NCBI GenBank assembly: GCA_050302075.1
Contig: JBNLAH010000005.1
Location: forward strand, 1-64,000
Reading direction: 5' to 3'
Length of the DNA stretch: 64,000 nt
From: Parachlamydiales bacterium
GTDB taxonomy: Bacteria > Chlamydiota > Chlamydiia > Chlamydiales > SM23-39
The position numbers were made by a program, and so were the translations under genes. The notes below the pieces were generated by a model. It was not told the origin of the DNA, ran no database searches, and saw only the letters and a list, made by a program, of their open reading frames with translations. Below, in pieces: positions 1-9,192 of the stretch. Each line of letters opens with the position of its first letter. Position 1 is the stretch's first letter.

Positions 1-1
1 A

Positions 2-406
2 AGTGCTTTAACAAAGCTAGAAAGTCTCGATCTTGGTAACAACCAACTAACAGAGTTGCCTGATGCTATAAGGGCCTTAACAAAGCTAAGACAACTCCAT
101 CTTTCTCGCAATCAACTAACAGAGTTACCTGATGCTATAAGGGGCTTAACAAAGCTAGAGGGCCTCTACCTTTCTCACAACCAACTAACAAAGTTGCCAG
201 AAACTATAGTTGCCTTAGAAGAGCTAGTGAACCTCTACCTTGGTTACAATCGTTTAACTGAGCTTCCTGCATTAATAAAGAGCTTAAAAAAACTCAGATA
301 CCTTGAGATTATCGAAAACCAAATTCCTAATGTTGAAAATGAGCTTAAAAATCTAGGGTTTCAATTTTCACTAATTAATGATCAAGTTTTTAATCTAATT
401 ACCTAA
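2..406 (+). CDS. Leucine-rich repeat protein, C-terminal part (ORF runs off the left edge)
   Basis: Frame is open from base 2 (SALTKLESLDLGNNQLTELPDAI...). It contains 23-aa repeats of the form LxxLxxLxLxxNxLxxLPxxI. Confidence 0.9.
   Translation, partial: SALTKLESLDLGNNQLTELPDAIRALTKLRQLHLSRNQLTELPDAIRGLTKLEGLYLSHNQLTKLPETIVALEELVNLYLGYNRLTELPALIKSLKKLRYLEIIENQIPNVENELKNLGFQFSLINDQVFNLIT
8..283 (+). repeat. Four tandem 69-bp coding repeats (LRR units)
   Basis: Units start at 8, 77, 146 and 215 (TTAACAAAGCTA...CAACTAACAGAGTT.CCTGATGCTATAAGGG). The fourth unit is diverged. Confidence 0.9.
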
Positions 407-871
407 TTTTTCTTGAAGTTTTTTTGATACTATTTCAGGTACAAAAAAATTAATTGGTCCTTTAAAGGAAGCTATTTCTTTAATCAGGGTAGAGTTAATC
501 TGAGAAAGGGGAAAGTCGGCTACTAGGAAAAGAGTCTCTAGAGATGCTATTTTTTTATTAGCTATCGCCATCCTAAGTTCATATTCAAAATCACTAAAAG
601 CTCTGAGTCCTCTAATAAGGAAGTTTGCTTGTTCCTTTTTTGCAAACTCAACTACAAGACCTTCAAATGATTTTATTGTAGCATTTTGGAGCTTATTTAG
701 AAGAGTCTCTAATAGCTCTTTTTTTTCATCTACTGTAAAAATAGGTTTTTTTGAAGGGTTAATAGCTATTCCTACAACAAGTTCATCACATAGCTTGGCA
801 GCTCTTTCAATGATATCCAAGTGTCCAAATGTTGGCGGGTCAAAACTCCCTGCTAGTAATCCTTTTTTCAT
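395..871 (-). CDS. coaD: Phosphopantetheine adenylyltransferase
   Basis: Motifs GSFDPPTFGHLDII, IRGLRAFSDFEYE and INSTLIKEIA; 158 aa. Confidence 0.95.
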   Translation of the reverse strand: MKKGLLAGSFDPPTFGHLDIIERAAKLCDELVVGIAINPSKKPIFTVDEKKELLETLLNKLQNATIKSFEGLVVEFAKKEQANFLIRGLRAFSDFEYELRMAIANKKIASLETLFLVADFPLSQINSTLIKEIASFKGPINFFVPEIVSKKLQEKLGN

Positions 872-971
872 ACTTGTTATTTATGACAATATTGATATTG
901 ATGCAAGATAGTTTTTTTTGATATAACACGAAGCAGTTTTAACATAATTTTTTATAAAAAAAATTAATTAA

Positions 972-1214
972 ATGTTGAAGTTGAGCTTCTCATCAAAAAA
1001 TAAAAATGTTCTTAATTTTGGAAAAGACCAAGCACCCAAAAATGAATTTAAGAAGGGTTATCAAAAAGAACTTATTCTTAAGAGCCAAGAAGGTAGCCGA
1101 GAATTTTTCTTGTCAGCTTATAGAGGTATAGAAATTATCAAAGCTTTCCTCACTAAAGGAGAATGTGAGACTACTATAAATGAAACAAAAAGAGAGGAAA
1201 AAAAGAATGACTAG
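972..1214 (+). CDS. Hypothetical protein (80 aa)
   Basis: ATG-initiated ORF filling the coaD-rsmD gap; no recognisable motif. Confidence 0.4.
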   Translation: MLKLSFSSKNKNVLNFGKDQAPKNEFKKGYQKELILKSQEGSREFFLSAYRGIEIIKAFLTKGECETTINETKREEKKND

Positions 1215-1281
1215 AGTGATAGGGGAAGTTTAATAAAGCTAAAAGTACGTCAATATTTTGGGGGTTAAAAAGATAATTTTT

Positions 1282-1848
1282 TTAGGTTGTTGTCGTGTCT
1301 ATAAACTGATATTGGTGTAAGGCAGAGTTTCCATATTTTTTAGATCTAACAAGATTAAAATTTTTTATAGAGATTTCATCTATTTGGAATTTAAAGTTAG
1401 TTTCAACAAAAATAACAGCATTATTTTTTAGAATATTTGCTTTATTTAATGAGGTAAATGTTTGAGAAATTAATGAAAAACTCTTTGAATAAGGAGGATC
1501 TGCAAAAACAATATCAAAGGATAAATCTAGTTGATTTATAGCCCTGACAGCATCATTACATATCACTAGAGCCTTGTCATCAGCGTTTAAATTTATCAGA
1601 TTTCTTTGGATATTTTTTGCATTTTTTTGATCCATTTCGACAAAAACTGCTTTTTCTGCCCCGCGTGATAAAGCCTCAATTCCCATTATTCCACTCCCAG
1701 CAAATAGGTCTAAAAAATAGGCACCTTCAATTTGACCTGAAATGATATTAAACAGGGCTTCTCTCATCATAGAAGAAGTAGGTCTAGCTATTTTAGGGGG
1801 TGATAATATTTTAGAGCCCCTGAATCTTCCTGCTGTGACTTTGATCAT
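1282..1848 (-). CDS. rsmD: 16S rRNA (guanine966-N2)-methyltransferase
   Basis: Motifs RPTSSMMREALFN, LDLFAGSGIMGIEALSRGA and DPPY. Confidence 0.95.
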   Translation of the reverse strand: MIKVTAGRFRGSKILSPPKIARPTSSMMREALFNIISGQIEGAYFLDLFAGSGIMGIEALSRGAEKAVFVEMDQKNAKNIQRNLINLNADDKALVICNDAVRAINQLDLSFDIVFADPPYSKSFSLISQTFTSLNKANILKNNAVIFVETNFKFQIDEISIKNFNLVRSKKYGNSALHQYQFIDTTTT

Positions 1849-3548
1849 TCGAATGCGGGTGGGATGTCAAATGGTTCTAAAACTTTTTTAGCTTTTTCAA
1901 GAAAATTAGTATTCAACTCTTTTAAATATTCAGAGTAATAGTTCCAAGCTTTATGAAGCGCCCACTGCTCTAAAAGCGCTCTATCTGCTTTTTTTGAAGA
2001 TTTTAAATTGATATCTTTTTTGATATTTAGCCATTTATCATTATTTTTACCTTGAAGCACTAAAGTAAAATCTTCTAGTTTGTCGCATCTTCCAATTATG
2101 ACATAAGGCTCAGCGGCATAAAGGTGTGGAAGTCCTCTATGTGGCCTAAATAGTTCAAAACTATTACCAGTTGTTGATATGTATGAACACTCAACATCTT
2201 TGATAATCGGATTTTGTATGGTTTTCATTAGCTTCATAACTTTTCTTTTTAAACCGCCTTTTGTAGATGATGTTGCTAGCCATCCTCGATTTAACGTACT
2301 AATAATTTCTAAATCGGCCAACTGCTTGTCATTTTCCATGGATATAGAGAAAAGTGATGTTCTGCCTTTATTAAAATCAGTCCACTGTCTCATAAAGTGA
2401 TGTTGTAATGATTTGCTAGCCAATCCATCTCCATTTGATAGTAGTATAATTGAATGGATGTGTCTTTCGTCTAATTTATCATAAATTGAGGAGTAGAGCG
2501 GGTTGTAGATATTAGAGGGGGCAAAGAAGCTTCCTAGTTTCAAGTTCATTAAAAACCTTCTCGCTTGCTTTTTGGAGTCATCAGAGAGTCTTCTTTTTGA
2601 TGGAAACAATTTTTCCATTTTATTATCAAAGGCTATAACGTTAAAAGAGTCTTCATCCTTTAAAAATGAAATAGCTTGATATAAGGCATCTCTGGAAGCT
2701 TTTAATCGATTCTTCTGAATCGAGTTTGATCTATCTATTAAAAGAGTATAATGCTGAGGTATTCTAGGGAGGTCTATATTCGGCCTAGGAATCAGGGTTA
2801 TGGCAAATATAAACCCACCTTCTTTTGCTTTAGTATGGCTTACATCTATATCAAAGTCATCGGCATAAAGATAAGTTTTGAGATCCCTAAGTGTGGGAAA
2901 GGTAAGGCTCTTTGCTAAATTAGTCTTTTTTAAAAAATTAGATTTAGCAGTCTGTAGTTTTATTGGCAGTTGGGATGTGTTATTATCTAAAAGGAATTTA
3001 CTCTGAGGGTTATTTGGTTCATTAATGCTAAGCATATTTTTAAAACCATATTCTTTTTCCGCTTCAAGTTCTTTTTTAAGTTTCCTATCAGGTTTTGCAA
3101 AATATTTAACAGGGGTTAGGTTTGTTTTTTCTTTTATTTCCTTAAGATGGAGTTGTTTATCTTTAGAAGAAAGATTTATAGAAGATGGAAGGCTATTAAT
3201 ATTTTCGTCTAGTTTCAAAGAAAAAGCATATTCAGAGGATATTTGTATATCTGGACTATTGATATTTCTTTCCTCGTCAAATAACGGTTGGGTAAAACTT
3301 GGAGATATAGCTTGAGTTTCTTTGTTTTTGTTGCTTGATTTTGAAGAAATATTTGCAATAAATTGCTTTAATATTTTTTCCTTTTCTTTCTTTGGAAGAA
3401 AAGATTTGTTCTCAGTTATTTTTTTTTCTTTAATAGGAGAAAAAAACCAAAGTGAATTCTGTTGAATAAATACAAACACAGTTAAATGGATACAGATAGA
3501 AAAAATCAGAAATGGTGAGAAGGGAAGTTTTGTCTTATTAGTTTTCAT
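1845..3548 (-). CDS. Membrane-anchored von Willebrand factor A domain protein
   Basis: N-terminal hydrophobic helix, MIDAS motif LIDRSNS, FNVIAFD, and a C-terminal PHLYAAEPYVIIGR segment resembling VIT/vWA proteins. Confidence 0.75.
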   Translation of the reverse strand: MKTNKTKLPFSPFLIFSICIHLTVFVFIQQNSLWFFSPIKEKKITENKSFLPKKEKEKILKQFIANISSKSSNKNKETQAISPSFTQPLFDEERNINSPDIQISSEYAFSLKLDENINSLPSSINLSSKDKQLHLKEIKEKTNLTPVKYFAKPDRKLKKELEAEKEYGFKNMLSINEPNNPQSKFLLDNNTSQLPIKLQTAKSNFLKKTNLAKSLTFPTLRDLKTYLYADDFDIDVSHTKAKEGGFIFAITLIPRPNIDLPRIPQHYTLLIDRSNSIQKNRLKASRDALYQAISFLKDEDSFNVIAFDNKMEKLFPSKRRLSDDSKKQARRFLMNLKLGSFFAPSNIYNPLYSSIYDKLDERHIHSIILLSNGDGLASKSLQHHFMRQWTDFNKGRTSLFSISMENDKQLADLEIISTLNRGWLATSSTKGGLKRKVMKLMKTIQNPIIKDVECSYISTTGNSFELFRPHRGLPHLYAAEPYVIIGRCDKLEDFTLVLQGKNNDKWLNIKKDINLKSSKKADRALLEQWALHKAWNYYSEYLKELNTNFLEKAKKVLEPFDIPPAFE

Positions 3549-6267
3549 TATTATTCAATTCATTAGAATTTAAGAATTTTTTCAGATGACTCGTAATTCT
3601 AGATTTTAAAAAATCACTTAAATTTTCTTGTTTTAACAGGCCATCAAATGAGGCCGAAACTTCATTTAAATCAAAGTCTTTGTCTTCACAAAGCATTATT
3701 TCTTTGTCTAAGAAATTCATATAATTTTCAAAGATTTGATTTTTTATTTCATTCGATTTTCTTCTTTCATGATATTCTTTGTCGAGAATAGTTTCCGTTT
3801 CAGTAAACTGTTGTTTGACTTTCTTTAGAAGTTCCAGTTTCTTCTGGGAGGTATTAGGTAGCTTTTCAAGTTTGCAAAGCAACTCAATATACTCTATGGC
3901 AGCTTCTAGGTGTGTAGGTTCATTGTCTAGTGATCTTTGAACTGTCAAATCTTTAAGTTGAGTTAAAACCTTGACAATTTCAGGGTTGCTCTTTTTGTAT
4001 GAACTATCATTCATTAGTGAAAGTCTAAGCCTAGCAGATTGCAGGCATGATTTTGCTTGAATAAATCCGCGAAGGGAAAGTCCGCTTTGAAAGACGCTTT
4101 CATAATACATAATGGCTTTGGTTTTTTGATTTGCCTTTTCATAGTTTTTTGCAAGCTCATAGCGAACATCTGGTGTATATTTCCATTTAATATCTGGATT
4201 TTTTAAGTATTCTTTTTCAAGTTTGTCCAATAAAGCTATTTGTTTGTCTTCAGCATTTTGCTCTTGATAAAGCCTTGATAATTTAACTATCTCATCTTCC
4301 AACTCTTTTGCTGTAGTCGAAAAGCTTTTCAGATCAATTGCACTTTCTAAAAGAGCAATCGATTTTTTATAGTCTTTAGTCTCTGTGGAAAGAAAATGAT
4401 CAGCTGCCCAGAGTAAATTTTCTCTTAATATTGATTCATTTAAAAGATAAGCTTTAAACAGATGATTGGCTGCTTTAGACAAATATTCTTCTTTTTTTCT
4501 ATTTTCAGCTTCTTTTAGAAAAGTGTTGTAAAGAACAATGTGAATTTTACCAATTCCATCCATCTCAGGATTTGTCTCAATGGCTTTCTCGAAGAATTTT
4601 AAGTAATCAGTAGCAGGTTTTGAGAGCTTTAGTAAGTTATATCCATTTAAGACTAGTGCTTCAGAGAAAATCGAACGGGAGTTACATTTTAACAATAGGG
4701 GTTTTAAAGTTTTGATGGATTTCTTGAATTCAGATATTTCAAAATAGGTTTTAGCTAAAAGAAAGCGGTATTTTTGCTCATCTAAAGTATCTTTAAGGCA
4801 TTTCTCAGTTATCAGCTTTTCAAGATCGCTGCAAAGATCTTTTTTTGAAAATCCCGACTTTGCTTCATTGACCAGTTGATTTGATGAAGATATTAAAAAG
4901 TGAATAGCTGCAACATTATTAGAATGTGTTTTATTGTTCTCAAAAAAAGTTGTGAAGTTCTTTCGACTTAGGTCCCATTTTTTAGCTAGAAATAAGACAT
5001 GTGCATATTCAAATAAAGCATCTGCTTTTACTTCATCTTTAACCTGAAGCAAAAGAATCTTACTAAGTTGTTTTTCAGCTTTTTCATAATTTTTTTGATC
5101 CTTGAAGGTTAAAGCCGAGGCAAAAATTATATCTGAATATTCTTCAGGGGTCTTATAAGATTTTTTACATAGGCTTAGAATCTCTTTGAAAAGGTCTGAG
5201 CTCTGAAGTTTTTGTGCTATTTCAGCCAAAGACAAGATGGCATTCTTACGCTCATCTGGAAAGCCACCAGCTTTTAAAAACTTTTTGAGATCAGCTTCAG
5301 CTCTTTTATAATCAGCTCTTTGTAGATGAGCTTTGCCTAGAAAAAAATGTAGTAAGGGCTTTTTATTATCTTCTAAGAGTTTAGATAGTTGGTCTTTTGC
5401 TTGGATTAACTCTGAATGCTTATTGCTGTCATATAATAAAAGCATAAGGTTGTAGGCTGCAAGAGCAGAGTTTTCTTCTTTTATCTGACATATTTTAGTA
5501 AAAGTCTGAATAGCTTTTTCTTTGTCAAATTTAGCTTCAATATTTGCAGCTTGAATTAAATAAGTCTCTTTATTGTCTGGGTCTTTTTCAGAAAGTTTGA
5601 TATATGTGCTAGCGCTTAGGGGGAATTTTTTGAATAAATAATAAAGATGAGCTAAAGAACGCATGGACTGAATAGACAACTCGCTGTGAATCAACCCTTC
5701 AAATTCTTTAATCGCTTCATATGCAGCCGTTGCTTTAGCTTCTTTTTCTAAATCTGATTCAATTGACTGTTTGTAAAGAGCTTCTGCGTAAAAGAAATGA
5801 ACTGAATCATGCTTTTTTTTGTCAGAGTTTGTGAAGCTTTCTAGGTACTTTGAGGCTACTTTAACCGATTGTGAGTACTCGTTTAAATTGTAAAGTGCCT
5901 GCAAATGGTTTATGGCAATTTTTTCTTGGATTTTTTTGTCTTTAATTTTTGCAAAGGATTTACTTGCCTCGGCAAAATTTTTCTTTTCCATGTAATAATC
6001 CCCTAAAAGAGCATATAAGTCTTGGCAAAGAGCACTTTTGGGGTACTTGTTGAAAAAATCTTGAACTTGGTTCAAAAAAAGTGCAGTCTCATCTTCTTGG
6101 TAAAATTCAACGATCCGTCGAACAAATAGCGATTCTTCTTCTGTAGCAGTTTTAAATTGCACATCTAGCTCACTTGAGGATAAAGGTGATAGAGATAGAC
6201 AAAAAGTAGAAAGTAAAAAAAGCCATGCATTTCGATGCATTTGGTAGACCTCACATTTTAATTTCAT
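3538..6267 (-). CDS. Large exported TPR-repeat protein
   Basis: Signal-peptide-like N-terminus (likely start MHRNAWLFLL) and many TPR-like helix pairs (LGDYYM..., FFLGKAHL..., YELAKNYE...). Confidence 0.75.
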   Translation of the reverse strand: MKLKCEVYQMHRNAWLFLLSTFCLSLSPLSSSELDVQFKTATEEESLFVRRIVEFYQEDETALFLNQVQDFFNKYPKSALCQDLYALLGDYYMEKKNFAEASKSFAKIKDKKIQEKIAINHLQALYNLNEYSQSVKVASKYLESFTNSDKKKHDSVHFFYAEALYKQSIESDLEKEAKATAAYEAIKEFEGLIHSELSIQSMRSLAHLYYLFKKFPLSASTYIKLSEKDPDNKETYLIQAANIEAKFDKEKAIQTFTKICQIKEENSALAAYNLMLLLYDSNKHSELIQAKDQLSKLLEDNKKPLLHFFLGKAHLQRADYKRAEADLKKFLKAGGFPDERKNAILSLAEIAQKLQSSDLFKEILSLCKKSYKTPEEYSDIIFASALTFKDQKNYEKAEKQLSKILLLQVKDEVKADALFEYAHVLFLAKKWDLSRKNFTTFFENNKTHSNNVAAIHFLISSSNQLVNEAKSGFSKKDLCSDLEKLITEKCLKDTLDEQKYRFLLAKTYFEISEFKKSIKTLKPLLLKCNSRSIFSEALVLNGYNLLKLSKPATDYLKFFEKAIETNPEMDGIGKIHIVLYNTFLKEAENRKKEEYLSKAANHLFKAYLLNESILRENLLWAADHFLSTETKDYKKSIALLESAIDLKSFSTTAKELEDEIVKLSRLYQEQNAEDKQIALLDKLEKEYLKNPDIKWKYTPDVRYELAKNYEKANQKTKAIMYYESVFQSGLSLRGFIQAKSCLQSARLRLSLMNDSSYKKSNPEIVKVLTQLKDLTVQRSLDNEPTHLEAAIEYIELLCKLEKLPNTSQKKLELLKKVKQQFTETETILDKEYHERRKSNEIKNQIFENYMNFLDKEIMLCEDKDFDLNEVSASFDGLLKQENLSDFLKSRITSHLKKFLNSNELNNNEN

Positions 6268-6330
6268 TATACTAGAATGAATTTAATTATCAAAATTGTA
6301 AGTCCTAAAAGGTAAAATAAAAAAAAAGTG

Positions 6331-7386
6331 CTATAAAATATCTTCAAATAAGGGCTGGTCATTAAAGCATCCAAAAAAACGAATTAAGACTTCAGCTTTT
6401 TTATAATTAGCTTCTTTCAACTTCTCATAAACTTTAAGACCTTTTGCATTTAAGCCTTGCTCGAAATATAGCACCCCTAGTCGAAACAAGATATCTCTAT
6501 CATCAGGCTTTAGGCGTAGAACTGTTTCATACTCAAGGACTTCTTGCTCTGGCATTTGAAGGTCGTTATAGCTTTTAGCAAGTTGCAAATGAATCCAAGG
6601 ATCATCAGGAGCATAGTTATTCAAAATTTTAAATTCCTCAATAGCTCTTTCTGATGCCATTTTAAATTTTTCTTCAAAATAGCTGCTGAACTTTTTTACT
6701 TGCTTTTGCATAAAATATGTATTTGATGTTTTTTTTGGTTCCAAATAGATCTTAGACAAGGAAACATAGCAATTTGCAAGCGATGTATGGACTTCAAGGT
6801 CTGTAGGAGATAGGCGAATAAGCTGGATGTGCTCTTCAATTGCTGAATGTAGCAATAACTCTTTCATTCTAAGAACATCCTTCCAGTGACAAAAAGCACT
6901 AAATTTCTCTAAAGGCTTAAAAAATGGATAAAAAATTTTGGGCAGGTGGTATAAATTCCACTCAAATCCGTGTAAATAATTAACAAGTCTAATTAATGCA
7001 TCTGTAATGGAAAGATGATACTCGGCCTTTCCTTTGAGTGAAGTGATAATTTTTTTGGAATCCGAAATGAAGTTATTTCTTATCTGGTAAAATTGCTCAG
7101 GCTTTTTGGACTGAAAATAAAAAAGCAGGACAAAATAAGCTGAGCAAGTAAGAAATAACAATCCTATAGACAAGGCTAGCTGGGTAAATTCTTTGTTTGT
7201 AAGTAAAAGAAAGAAAATAAAAATCTGAGCGATGGTTATCAGTAGAAAAAAAATATTAAGTTTTACAAAAAATCGAATTATTTTTTTAAACTGATTTAGT
7301 AGCTTACGATATTGTAGTGTTAAACTTTGCTGAAAATCTGAGTAAGAAAAATCCTCATCTTTTTGATTTTCAAATAAAGTAGTCAT
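6331..7386 (-). CDS. Membrane protein with two TM helices and C-terminal TPRs
   Basis: Two N-terminal hydrophobic segments; TPR-like PDDPWIHLQLA and PDDRDILFRLGVLY. Confidence 0.7.
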   Translation of the reverse strand: MTTLFENQKDEDFSYSDFQQSLTLQYRKLLNQFKKIIRFFVKLNIFFLLITIAQIFIFFLLLTNKEFTQLALSIGLLFLTCSAYFVLLFYFQSKKPEQFYQIRNNFISDSKKIITSLKGKAEYHLSITDALIRLVNYLHGFEWNLYHLPKIFYPFFKPLEKFSAFCHWKDVLRMKELLLHSAIEEHIQLIRLSPTDLEVHTSLANCYVSLSKIYLEPKKTSNTYFMQKQVKKFSSYFEEKFKMASERAIEEFKILNNYAPDDPWIHLQLAKSYNDLQMPEQEVLEYETVLRLKPDDRDILFRLGVLYFEQGLNAKGLKVYEKLKEANYKKAEVLIRFFGCFNDQPLFEDIL

Positions 7387-7403
7387 TACCCGCCAATTTT
7401 TAA

Positions 7404-7751
7404 TTAATATCCAGAATCAATTGTATAGTTGATAACTCTTTGACTAACACCTGAATTTTGCATTCTATAAATCTGAGCTTTGTTTAGATTATATTTAGAT
7501 TTTTTATCATTCATATAGTTAATGATCTTATCATCATTTATGCCAGCTTGAGATAATTGAATTAAGTCATAAATAGCCAAATGCTTGTCTTCATCTATTT
7601 TCTGCAAGGTAGTTGGACTTCTTTGCATTAAAATCATTCGTTCTTGCTCATCTAACATTTCAATTGATTTAGGATTAGGTATCTTTTTCTCTATTGGTTT
7701 TCCAAAACATACTACACTTTGGATAAGAAAGATGAAAAAAATTAATCTCAT
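7404..7751 (-). CDS. Small exported hypothetical protein with a duplicated helical motif
   Basis: Signal peptide; internal repeat DLIQLSQAGINDDKIINY / QIYRMQNSGVSQRVINY. Confidence 0.65.
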   Translation of the reverse strand: MRLIFFIFLIQSVVCFGKPIEKKIPNPKSIEMLDEQERMILMQRSPTTLQKIDEDKHLAIYDLIQLSQAGINDDKIINYMNDKKSKYNLNKAQIYRMQNSGVSQRVINYTIDSGY

Positions 7752-7817
7752 AAAAAGTTCCTCTGGTTCTTATTTTTTTTGATATCAGTTATAAAAACTG
7801 CTTATTTGAATATATTA

Positions 7818-8507
7818 TCATTCTTCTTTGAATCGATAGCCAACACCCCGGACTGTTTCAATCCACTCAAACTTGGGACCTAGCTTTTTTCTTAAAGAAG
7901 CAATATGTACATCAATATTTCGATCAACAATAAATGCGTCATCATTATTAATATCATCTAATAGCTGATTACGTGTCAATACTTTGCCACTATTGGCTAT
8001 TAATCTTCTCAAAATACCAAACTCCGAAAGAGTCAATGGAATTATTTTTTCGCCTTTTTTAAGTATATATCGATCGATTTCCAAGGTAAAGTCTGCAAAT
8101 TTTAAAACTTTAGGTGCTTTCTCAGCTTCTTTTCCTCGTCTTAAAACAGCTTTTATTCTAGAAAACAAAACTTTAGGAGAAAATGGTTTTGCTAAATAAT
8201 CGTCTGCACCTAGTTCAAGACCTAATACGACATCTAATTCTTCACCTTTTGCAGAAATAATTATTACTGGGATACTTTTAAGATCTGGACTATTTTTCAT
8301 TTTTCGACAGATATCCAATCCATTTTGTCCAGGAAGCATAATATCTAAAATTACAAGGTCTGGCTTTTCTCTTTCAATTGCTCTCATGCCATTAATCCCG
8401 TCTACCTCTACATGTAATTTATATCCCGATATTTCAGCTTGTAGTTTTATCAGAGCAGCAATATCTTCTTCATCTTCTACTAGCAAAATTCTTTTTTTAG
8501 GGCTCAT
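7818..8507 (-). CDS. OmpR/PhoB-family response regulator
   Basis: Receiver domain (ILLVEDE, LDIMLPG, GADDYLAKPF) and winged helix (IDVHIASLRKKL, IETVRGVGYRF). Confidence 0.95.
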   Translation of the reverse strand: MSPKKRILLVEDEEDIAALIKLQAEISGYKLHVEVDGINGMRAIEREKPDLVILDIMLPGQNGLDICRKMKNSPDLKSIPVIIISAKGEELDVVLGLELGADDYLAKPFSPKVLFSRIKAVLRRGKEAEKAPKVLKFADFTLEIDRYILKKGEKIIPLTLSEFGILRRLIANSGKVLTRNQLLDDINNDDAFIVDRNIDVHIASLRKKLGPKFEWIETVRGVGYRFKEE

Positions 8508-8536
8508 TTATTTTCCTCTGAGTAAAAAACACATAT

Positions 8537-9190
8537 TCAATTTGGAATTTTCAACTCTTGTCCAACAACAATTAAGTCATCTTCTAGTTTGTTCAAATTT
8601 TTTAACTGTTGGGTACTCGTTTTGAACTCCTTTGCAATTTTATCTAATGAATCACCTCTCTTTACTTTATAAATTGAATAATTCAAGGCTGATTGTGCAA
8701 GTGATTGAATAGTCGATTTTAATTTTATGAGGTCTTCAAACTTTTTATTTTGGGAGAAAATTTTGTTCTCTAGTTCAACTATTTTTTCCTTATGCTGTTT
8801 AAAAGCACTAGAGCTTTCATTTGCGTGATAACTAAGTTGCTCTATGTCCTTCTCAAAATCTTCTAATCTATTCTCCAGTAGTAGAATTCTTTTCTCAAGT
8901 AGCGTTAGCTGTGTAAGCGCTTTTTCTAATTTATTTTTTTGCTTTTCAATAAAAGTAGCCTTGATATCAGATAAATTATACTCGTGTTTTTTTATTTCCC
9001 CATCAAGAATTTCCAGCTCAGTCTTATAGCAGTTATAATTGCGCATTAAGTCATCAATTACTGTTTGTATCTCGTGTATTGTCAATTCCATTTGATGTTT
9101 TTCTTCATTAGGAGATGACTTTAAGGGACTGCAAGAGTAGAGATAAAAGCAAGTAATTGCAAATAGGGTTAATTGAATAAAATGTCTCAT
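8537..9190 (-). CDS. Lipoprotein with coiled coil and C-terminal LysM domain
   Basis: Lipobox-like LYSC, heptad-rich middle region, LysM YKVKRGDSLDKIAKEF...IVVGQELKIP. Confidence 0.85.
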   Translation of the reverse strand: MRHFIQLTLFAITCFYLYSCSPLKSSPNEEKHQMELTIHEIQTVIDDLMRNYNCYKTELEILDGEIKKHEYNLSDIKATFIEKQKNKLEKALTQLTLLEKRILLLENRLEDFEKDIEQLSYHANESSSAFKQHKEKIVELENKIFSQNKKFEDLIKLKSTIQSLAQSALNYSIYKVKRGDSLDKIAKEFKTSTQQLKNLNKLEDDLIVVGQELKIPN

Positions 9191-9192
9191 TC

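Noticed and set aside
8..283. Regularly spaced direct repeats as a CRISPR array
   Set aside because: The period is exactly 23 codons inside an open frame encoding LRRs. There are no unique spacers and no cas genes.
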